NCBI GenBank assembly: GCA_016839515.1 | Contig: JAEOUE010000180.1 | Coordinates: forward strand, 1 to 14,902 | DNA: 14,902 nucleotides | Source of the DNA: Candidatus Hodarchaeum mangrovi | GTDB taxonomy: Archaea > Asgardarchaeota > Heimdallarchaeia > Hodarchaeales > Hodarchaeaceae | Direction of reading: 5' to 3' | Shown here: positions 8,683 through 14,902 of the stretch, piece after piece | Numbering within the stretch: position 1 is the first letter of the stretch | Layout: every line of letters begins with the position of its first letter | Notes under the pieces: model-generated | Database searches by the model: none | What the model was told of the DNA's origin: nothing | What the model saw: the letters and a program-made list of their open reading frames with translations, nothing else | Made by a program: the position numbers and the translations under genes

Positions 8683-8717
8683 ATTCATCAAAACAAATTG
8701 TCTATCTTTTGATGAAT
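8683..8717. repeat. Perfect 11-bp inverted repeat with 13-nt spacer upstream of pspC
   Basis: ATTCATCAAAA (8683-8693) and TTTTGATGAAT (8707-8717) are exact reverse complements. Confidence 0.7.
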
Positions 8718-9061
8718 TAACCAAATTAATTTACTAGACTAAAATGTACATGATTGTCAGAAATTCATTGTTATATGGAAGTTATCTAAAAATTAAATTT
8801 ATTAAACAATAGAATGAGAGATAATTATGATAGTATTTGATAATATAAGACTGAGATGGTAAAACCTCATTTCTTAAACTTCTTGGGTCTTTCCTAAATT
8901 CCGTGATACCGTAATTTAATAGGTGGAGATAAATTACACTATACGAAAACAAAGGTTTGAATGAAGCAGCGGTTCTTATTAAGAATTTTATGAAAGATAT
9001 AGAAAAAAGAGTAAGTATTTAACTTCAGACTATTCAACTAATTCGAAGAATTGTTTTAATG

Positions 9062-9664
9062 TCAATATAGACTTTTTTCCCATATCTTAATCTTGAATGA
9101 ACGATCCGGAGCGAAATCACGGACTAATTTAGAGAATGAATGAGAATTCACTGAAGCAATGAAAGTTTGTGGGGTTATTTCAAAAGGAAAGTTAATGTTG
9201 AATCGTTCAAAAAAGTCATCTGAGTAATAAACCTCATAATAATGATCAATACAAAGAAATTTTAATTTTGACCAAAAATTATCTAGTATAACATCTTCGC
9301 GAGACCAAACTTCACATCTATATACTTTATGAATATTATTAAGAATCAATTCAGCTTTTTTAAGTAAATGCATCCCTATTCCTGTCCTTCGATGAGAAGG
9401 AAGAACCCCAAGAACAGTGATTATGCCACTTCTTTGTTCTAAATCTGAACCAAGCTGCCCTGGGACTTCTTCAAAAATGATATCTAAAATTCCTATAATA
9501 TTCTGATTTTTTTCTGCAATTAGCTGAATTGAAGGCGTTTCATATCTGGGTTTAGTCTCTTCCATTGTATTTAAGTAAATAGAGGAAGAATATGAATGTA
9601 AATAGCATTTAATCCAATTATGTTCATCTAGCTCAGAATATTCTCTTATAATAACCTTTTCCAC
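9062..9664 (-). CDS. GNAT family N-acetyltransferase
   Basis: 200 aa. IIREY start, acetyl-CoA binding motif A LGVLPSHRRTGIGMHLL and FWSKLKF motif-B-like segment. GTG start with AGGAGG RBS, 15 bp after the RecJ stop. Confidence 0.9.
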   Translation of the reverse strand: MEKVIIREYSELDEHNWIKCYLHSYSSSIYLNTMEETKPRYETPSIQLIAEKNQNIIGILDIIFEEVPGQLGSDLEQRSGIITVLGVLPSHRRTGIGMHLLKKAELILNNIHKVYRCEVWSREDVILDNFWSKLKFLCIDHYYEVYYSDDFFERFNINFPFEITPQTFIASVNSHSFSKLVRDFAPDRSFKIKIWEKSLY

Positions 9665-9679
9665 TTAAAACCTCCTGTT

Positions 9680-11782
9680 TTAAACCTCGATCAAGTTGAG
9701 AATTTCTCTAATAATCTCAATAACCTCATTCCTAGCACCAGTTATGAATTTCATACTCCCAACGATTTCATGGCCACCTCCCTCTACTCCTGCATGAGGA
9801 AGTTTTTGCGCACATTTTCTAACGAGATTTGGAAAATCTAGATCCACGTTTTGTGATCTGAAAATGGCAAAATCCGAACCTAAACCAATCGTAACAATAG
9901 GAAGTCCTGGATATTTGGTGGTAAGATGATCAAATAAACTTCCAGTTATTTTACCTGGAGGAGGGTAGTCGAAGCGGCTTGTATAATTTTCAACATCTAA
10001 AATAGCAAGATTTATTTCATTAACTAAAGTTTCTTCTTGAACATACTCCAAAGAGATCTTTAATTGACTTTTAAGTTGTTTTTGTGCTTCTGAAGAAAGT
10101 AAATGAACATAATTTACTTGTTTTTCTTGTTGGCTAATTAAACCTAATAAATCACTCAACAATAATCTACCTGGGGAGAATTTTAAGAAATAAGCTTGAT
10201 AATCAACTGCTAAAGCTATATCTTCTAAAAAGGACTCCTGATAACCTTTATCAAGCGCAAGTTTAAGGTATTGATTATATACCTCACCTGTCACTCTATC
10301 CCCTTTTCCTGCAATCGCAGGAAGATGAGATAACGTATCTGTAACCTTTGGATTAATCAATCTAGCTAATTCTACTCCTAACATGCCTGTACAAATGTTA
10401 TAGTCACCACCAACAAAATAGATATTTAGATGAGTATCCACAGTACCCTGAATTTCACTTGCCGGAAAATGGTGATCAACAACATAAATCTCTAAACCAT
10501 AGGTCTTTAATAATTTATATGAAAATAAACTTTCTTCACTACTTCCTGTATCAAGCATTATAACGATTGGTAGTTTATCTCCAAATCTTTCTTGATCAGA
10601 AAGAGCAAAATCAAGATCACGAACCGCATCTAATGGATCATAAAAAGGAGGTTTATTGACAGTCCTTTTTACTATATGACGAAGCTGTTCCTCATCTGGC
10701 CCAAATAATTCAAACCACAGCTCTCTTAGAGCAACTTCAAGAGCAATTCCAGCAGTAATACCATCACAATCATTATGGTGTCGAATAATTATCGGTTGTA
10801 CTTCTAGGATTGCTCTTCTTATTCGTTTGGCAATATTATGAAATTTTGGACTTAACTGATCATAAAAATCAGATTTAACGAGAAAATCCACGTTAGGTGG
10901 TTCACTTTTTTCTTTTAGTAATTCGTTCATATTTCTTTTGAAAGCATTGGCGTAAGCTTCATCTACAATAAATATGTCTGAAAGTTCAATTTGTTCTGAT
11001 CCTCTGTGCATGGTATATTGGCCAATAACTTCGACAATATCTCCTGCAACAATATTATCAGAAATATCTAGGTTAAAAGCTGCTGCTTCAATAATCCCTG
11101 TTTCATCTAATAAGGTAAAAACCTTAGGTCCACGAGGAATCTGTCTAATATTCTCTACTCGTGCATGACTACAAACATAGGATCCAACCTCACGTTTTTT
11201 GTTTAATTTTTCTAAAACAATTGCGTCATGAACACGTTTTATGGAAATATTGAGGAATTCTGGCAGATTTACTCTTTCAAATTCTAATTTTCCACCTTTA
11301 ATGTTGATAAGTTTCACAAAAACTAAATCTCCTACCTTTCCTTGATATTTCCCTCTAATTAATCCTTCAATTTTAGGAGCTAGAGCAATAAAATATCCAA
11401 AATCAACAATATTAACAACTTGTGATCTATAAATCTTTTTGAATTCAACAACTTTGGATGAAACTGGTGGAACTAATTGATAGATTTTAAGATTTTTTTC
11501 ACAATTACTACATATTTGGGAGGAATTTAAAGTTGATTCACCACATTGAAGGCATTTAATAGTAACTCTCCCCGTACCATTACATTCTGAACATTTTACT
11601 TCCTTATTATTTATAATATATCCTGTACCTTTACAATCAGGACAATTATCTTTATCTTTGGGCTTACTTCCCACTACTAGTTTTGTAGATCCTATACCAC
11701 GACATGTTGGGCATTTTTGTTTTTTTTCAAGAAGGATAAATTTTTTCCCTAAACATTTTGGACATTTTATGGAGTTTGACAA
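9680..11782 (-). CDS. recJ: Archaeal RecJ-like DHH exonuclease with DnaJ-type zinc finger (COG1107; HAN/Hef-associated nuclease type)
   Basis: 700 aa. Four CxxCxG repeats plus CLQC/CSNC, an S1 domain (VVNIVDFGYFIAL), an OB fold (GPKVFTLLDETG...AAAF), DHH motifs RHHNDCDG, LDTGS and VVDHH, and DHHA1 GGGH. TTG start. Confidence 0.93.
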   Translation of the reverse strand: MSNSIKCPKCLGKKFILLEKKQKCPTCRGIGSTKLVVGSKPKDKDNCPDCKGTGYIINNKEVKCSECNGTGRVTIKCLQCGESTLNSSQICSNCEKNLKIYQLVPPVSSKVVEFKKIYRSQVVNIVDFGYFIALAPKIEGLIRGKYQGKVGDLVFVKLINIKGGKLEFERVNLPEFLNISIKRVHDAIVLEKLNKKREVGSYVCSHARVENIRQIPRGPKVFTLLDETGIIEAAAFNLDISDNIVAGDIVEVIGQYTMHRGSEQIELSDIFIVDEAYANAFKRNMNELLKEKSEPPNVDFLVKSDFYDQLSPKFHNIAKRIRRAILEVQPIIIRHHNDCDGITAGIALEVALRELWFELFGPDEEQLRHIVKRTVNKPPFYDPLDAVRDLDFALSDQERFGDKLPIVIMLDTGSSEESLFSYKLLKTYGLEIYVVDHHFPASEIQGTVDTHLNIYFVGGDYNICTGMLGVELARLINPKVTDTLSHLPAIAGKGDRVTGEVYNQYLKLALDKGYQESFLEDIALAVDYQAYFLKFSPGRLLLSDLLGLISQQEKQVNYVHLLSSEAQKQLKSQLKISLEYVQEETLVNEINLAILDVENYTSRFDYPPPGKITGSLFDHLTTKYPGLPIVTIGLGSDFAIFRSQNVDLDFPNLVRKCAQKLPHAGVEGGGHEIVGSMKFITGARNEVIEIIREILNLIEV

Positions 11783-11835
11783 GTTTATTACAGCCTGTTG
11801 AAAATAAAAAGTAGTTTAATAGATTAAGTGGCAAG

Positions 11836-11856
11836 AAATTTAAATAATTTAAATTT
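11836..11856. promoter_or_regulatory. AT-only palindrome containing TATA-like TTTAAA boxes in the divergent recJ/metallophosphoesterase intergenic region
   Basis: AAATTTAAAT-A-ATTTAAATTT: 10-bp arms with a 1-nt spacer, 54-74 bp upstream of the recJ start. Confidence 0.4.
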
Positions 11857-12023
11857 TCTCACCCATGGAGATTATAATAATAATTGTACTTCAAAACTTG
11901 ACATAACATTCTCACATAATCGATTATTCCTTGTATTCTAATTCATCTATTTTTATAAAGAAAGGGGATAATTTTTATTCTATATTTTTATAATTCTAGA
12001 AATCAATAGTTAAGGTCTTAAAC

Positions 12024-13631
12024 ATGAGTAATGTAGATCCCAGTTTTGAAGAAGTGATAATTTTTTCTGATACGCATATATCTAAATTTACAGGACTATT
12101 TCACAAAAGAGCTTTCTCAACAGGAGTAAGAATGATAAATGATCGTCTTCGAAAAAATCCTAATGCAATTTTATTACATCTAGGCGATATTACCGACTCT
12201 GGGACTTATGAAGATTTTGAATATTCTACAAAATTGTTGAAAAGGAATTTTCCAAAAGTTAATAAATTCTTTATCATACCAGGTAACCACGATATGCGGA
12301 ATATTGGTGATAAATTATGGAATGATTTTTTTGGAGAAAGACAGTTCTTTGTTGATACACGTAAGTTTGGAGGAAACATGATTATCTTAGGAATTGATTC
12401 TTCAGAACCTGATGAAAATATTGGTCGTATTGGAGACCGAGGAATTGAAGCTATTGCTGAACTTGGTTCTTATCCCGATAATTTAGTCAAAATCCTCTGC
12501 TTTCATCACCATCTTTTCCCCATTCCTAATACTGGGCGTGAAAGATCTATGATTCTTGATGCTGGGGATGTTTCACGAGTGATTTGGGACGCGGGTATTG
12601 ATTTAATAATAACAGCTCACAGACATTACCCAAATATTTTTACGGTCTCGAATGGACGAAGAAAAGCGATTCTTGTGAATGCAGGGACTTTTAGTAGTTT
12701 TAAAACCCGAGGTAAGGCAGGTCATACATTTGTAGACCTAGTTGTAGATTCTGAAAACATAAATGTTCAGTTCTTAGGAGTTGATTCATATTCTAAATTT
12801 CAGGAACCTATAAATGAAGTGCATGGTATTCGGAGAGGTGAGATGATAACAGAAACTGGATTTATTACCCCTGGTGAAGGACTTCTTTGTCGAGTCTGTC
12901 AATTTTCTGATACACATTTTACTACAGGTTCAGATTTTTTACCAACTGTTTATGATATGGGAATTAGAATGATGGTGCAGGAAAAACCTAACCTACTGGT
13001 TCATTGTGGTGATTTAACCAATGATTCATTTCCTGAAGATTTTGCTTTAGCAAAGGATAAAATGAGAGAACTGCGTGAAATCAATATTCCTTTTATAATT
13101 ATTCCAGGTACACGTGATCAACAACCATTTGGCAAAGAATTATGGGTTAAACAAGTCGGCCCCTTAGACCCGATTTTTGAAGATCCACGAATACGTGTTC
13201 TAGGTATTAATACTGGTGTTGAGCCTTCAGGCCATGTAGGTAGAAGTAGAATGAGGATGATAGAAGAAGAATTTAACACTTATGGTGATTATAAATTTTT
13301 CTTTGTTGTTATGCACCATAGTGTACTTCCTATCCCTCGTGCGTACTTTAAAAGAGCTGTTAAAGATGCTGGAGATGTAATAGAATTTTTAACAACTCGA
13401 AAGGTTCCATTGGTTTTATCTGGACTTGAACATTATGCAACATCCATTCAGGTCGAGAATACTGTCTTTGTAAATGCAGGAACATTTTCAAGTAGAAAAA
13501 TAAGATCAAAGAGAATGAATACATATAATAACATTGAAATCTTTGATAGTGGTTTGATTAAAGTAGAGGAAGTTGAAATTAATTCAGGGATTCGTCATCA
13601 TCTTGGATTATATAGGATCCCTAAGAACTGA
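12024..13631 (+). CDS. Tandem two-domain calcineurin-like metallophosphoesterase (Icc/CpdA-like)
   Basis: 535 aa. Domain 1: FSDTH, HLGDITD, PGNHD, FHHH, TAHRH. Domain 2: FSDTH, HCGDLTN, PGTRD, MHHS, SGLEH. Shared repeats DAGDV and VNAGTFSS show internal duplication. Confidence 0.92.
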   Translation: MSNVDPSFEEVIIFSDTHISKFTGLFHKRAFSTGVRMINDRLRKNPNAILLHLGDITDSGTYEDFEYSTKLLKRNFPKVNKFFIIPGNHDMRNIGDKLWNDFFGERQFFVDTRKFGGNMIILGIDSSEPDENIGRIGDRGIEAIAELGSYPDNLVKILCFHHHLFPIPNTGRERSMILDAGDVSRVIWDAGIDLIITAHRHYPNIFTVSNGRRKAILVNAGTFSSFKTRGKAGHTFVDLVVDSENINVQFLGVDSYSKFQEPINEVHGIRRGEMITETGFITPGEGLLCRVCQFSDTHFTTGSDFLPTVYDMGIRMMVQEKPNLLVHCGDLTNDSFPEDFALAKDKMRELREINIPFIIIPGTRDQQPFGKELWVKQVGPLDPIFEDPRIRVLGINTGVEPSGHVGRSRMRMIEEEFNTYGDYKFFFVVMHHSVLPIPRAYFKRAVKDAGDVIEFLTTRKVPLVLSGLEHYATSIQVENTVFVNAGTFSSRKIRSKRMNTYNNIEIFDSGLIKVEEVEINSGIRHHLGLYRIPKN

Positions 13632-13638
13632 CTCTTCC

Positions 13639-14244
13639 TCAATTTTTAGTTTGATCAGATTGAAATCTGGGGGAATGTGGAAAAATTAGTAAAAACTCTC
13701 TTCGAGAGTGTTTTTTTAAGACCTTAGAATGAAAGTTATGAGAATCTAAAACTTTAATTAATTGAGGAATTTCTTCTGGGTCAAGTAAAATCTGAAAGAA
13801 AGGAGTCTTAAGGTCAATTTTAACTTCAACTCTTCCAAAACTGTCACTTTTCCCTCTAAAATTTTTTCTTACCCATCTATCGATTGCTATATGGTGTATA
13901 TTTCCATATTGATATTTTTCAAGATTTATTAATGTCGTGAATCTTGATGTTATAATAGTACGTAAAGAACCAACGCCAATAATAAGAATTTGTTTGTCTA
14001 ATTGGAGATATCTATAATGTCGTGGGAGTAACCACGCTGTAAGGAGTGGCCATGTTAAAATTACTGGAATGAATGCTCCAAGCCCAATTAAAAAAAAAGA
14101 GAAAAATCCTATTAGAATGGAAAAAAGAGATATCTCTTTGATAAATCCTATTGTATTTTTAATATATAATCGATATAAAATATTTTGATTTGACCTAGGA
14201 AAAAACTCTCCTCGTACCAATGTTTGATCTTTACCCATCGCCAA
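13639..14244 (-). CDS. Hypothetical membrane protein with two adjacent hydrophobic segments and a basic, beta-rich C-terminal domain
   Basis: 201 aa. Hydrophobic stretch ISLFSILIGFFSFFLIGLGAFIPVILTWPLLTAWLL followed by a soluble domain. Start could be TTG 14244 or ATG 14238. Convergent with the phosphoesterase, 7-bp gap. Confidence 0.65.
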   Translation of the reverse strand: MAMGKDQTLVRGEFFPRSNQNILYRLYIKNTIGFIKEISLFSILIGFFSFFLIGLGAFIPVILTWPLLTAWLLPRHYRYLQLDKQILIIGVGSLRTIITSRFTTLINLEKYQYGNIHHIAIDRWVRKNFRGKSDSFGRVEVKIDLKTPFFQILLDPEEIPQLIKVLDSHNFHSKVLKKHSRREFLLIFPHSPRFQSDQTKN

Positions 14245-14300
14245 TAAAATTACCTAGCTTCTAATTCTGACCCTAAGATTTTACTTGATCTTTATAAATC

Positions 14301-14339
14301 ACTCTTAAATATTGAAATAGGTACTCTTAAAATTGAAAT
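14301..14339. repeat. Imperfect tandem direct repeat, 2 copies, 22-bp period
   Basis: ACTCTTAAATATTGAAAT (14301-14318) and ACTCTTAAAATTGAAAT (14323-14339) differ by one indel and sit beside TTTATAAA at 14291-14298. Confidence 0.65.
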
Positions 14340-14471
14340 TTACAAGTGGAAGAAGATTCTCTATTTAACTGAGTCTCAAATTATAAACTCTTCTTTGTAT
14401 CAAAATCTAATAAAATTGTTAATGTTAGTCATAATCTAAATAAGGTAGGGTACTGGATATTAAAAAAAATA

Positions 14472-14543
14472 CTTTAAAATCCTATAAAAATGTATTTATA
14501 ACATTTTTATGTTATAATTTCAGATCGGATAAGGATTTTAAAG
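14472..14543. repeat. Nested inverted repeats downstream of the terminal minus-strand gene
   Basis: Outer 12 bp CTTTAAAATCCT (14472-14483)/AGGATTTTAAAG (14532-14543). Inner 10 bp ATAAAAATGT (14484-14493)/ACATTTTTAT (14501-14510). Alternative inner 9 bp TTATAACAT (14496-14504)/ATGTTATAA (14509-14517). Confidence 0.65.
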
Positions 14544-14567
14544 CGAGGAATTGAAATAATTTCTAAA

Positions 14568-14902
14568 TTACTTCTTTAGTAACAAAAGACGTAGATTAGC
14601 AACTTGTTTGTCAAATTCTTCATCTATTTGTGTGAGAAACATAGCTAGGAAACGTCTCATTACCTCAAATTCATGGTCATAAATCAAATTAGAACTTGTT
14701 TCTTCCCCAATTAGATCTCCTATAAATCTGCTTAATTTAATCAGAATTTTTGACATAATTTCCTTTGTTTTTGCTTCTTCCTCCTTTTCTAGGTTGAATC
14801 CTAAGGATTTGAAATAAGAAAGAATAACAGGAACTGAATCTTGAAGATATGATATTTCTCCTGGTTGAGAAGCTATTAATGACTCTGCTTCTTCACTTAA
14901 AA
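14568..14902 (-). CDS. Hypothetical alpha-helical protein, 3' part only (start lies beyond the window)
   Basis: The frame of the 62-aa track ORF is open to the window edge: ...LSEEAESLIASQPGEISYLQDSVPVILSYFKSLGFNLEKEEEAKTKEIMSKILIKLSRF...LLLKK*. No recognisable motif. Confidence 0.7.
   Translation of the reverse strand, partial: LSEEAESLIASQPGEISYLQDSVPVILSYFKSLGFNLEKEEEAKTKEIMSKILIKLSRFIGDLIGEETSSNLIYDHEFEVMRRFLAMFLTQIDEEFDKQVANLRLLLLKK

Noticed and set aside
8827-8875. Possible C/D-box sRNA (ATGATAG...CTGA) or SECIS-like hairpin
   Set aside because: Box C is non-canonical, no C'/D' pair is evident, the stem is weak and no adjacent gene has a credible in-frame TGA.
10974-11168. 64-aa antisense ORF
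   Set aside because: Inside recJ; shadow ORF.
11480-11782. DnaJ chaperone call from CxxCxGxG repeats
   Set aside because: No J-domain or HPD motif; the zinc finger is the known N-terminus of COG1107 nucleases.
14245-14283. TAG in frame upstream of the membrane protein (14256-14254) as a second read-through case
   Set aside because: No start codon between this TAG and the next upstream TAA, so no extension is possible.
14301-14558. ATTGAAAT motifs resembling CRISPR repeat 3' ends
   Set aside because: Only two short copies 22 bp apart plus one isolated match; no spacer-length intervals and no cas genes.
14568-14756. 62-aa ORF as a complete gene
   Set aside because: The frame is open to the window edge, so the ATG at 14756 is probably internal.

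Overview
AT-rich (roughly 30% GC by eye), gene-dense archaeal chromosomal segment. The archaeal call rests on a COG1107/HAN-type RecJ with a DnaJ-type Zn finger, TATA-like promoter elements and GTGA/GGAGG-type ribosome-binding sites; an Asgard origin is plausible but is inference only. Left to right: a partial HAD hydrolase (-) missed by the ORF track because of an in-frame TAG at codon 26; an amidohydrolase_2 protein (+); a DUF4392/D-glutamate cyclase-like protein (+); an Asp/Glu racemase-maleate isomerase family protein (-); a long coiled-coil protein with a C-terminal winged helix (+); a MacB/FtsX-type ABC permease and its ATPase (-); an uncalled 58-aa protein (+); a Zn-ribbon-PspC protein (-); a GNAT (-); RecJ/HAN (-); a tandem metallophosphoesterase with a degenerate second domain (+); a membrane protein (-); and a partial helical protein (-). 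No RNA genes, CRISPR array or mobile element were recognised. The best leads are the in-frame amber codon (with 0 of 13 gene ends using TAG), a possible D-glutamate/5-oxoproline module, the coiled-coil-wHTH protein, and several inverted or tandem repeats in intergenic DNA.
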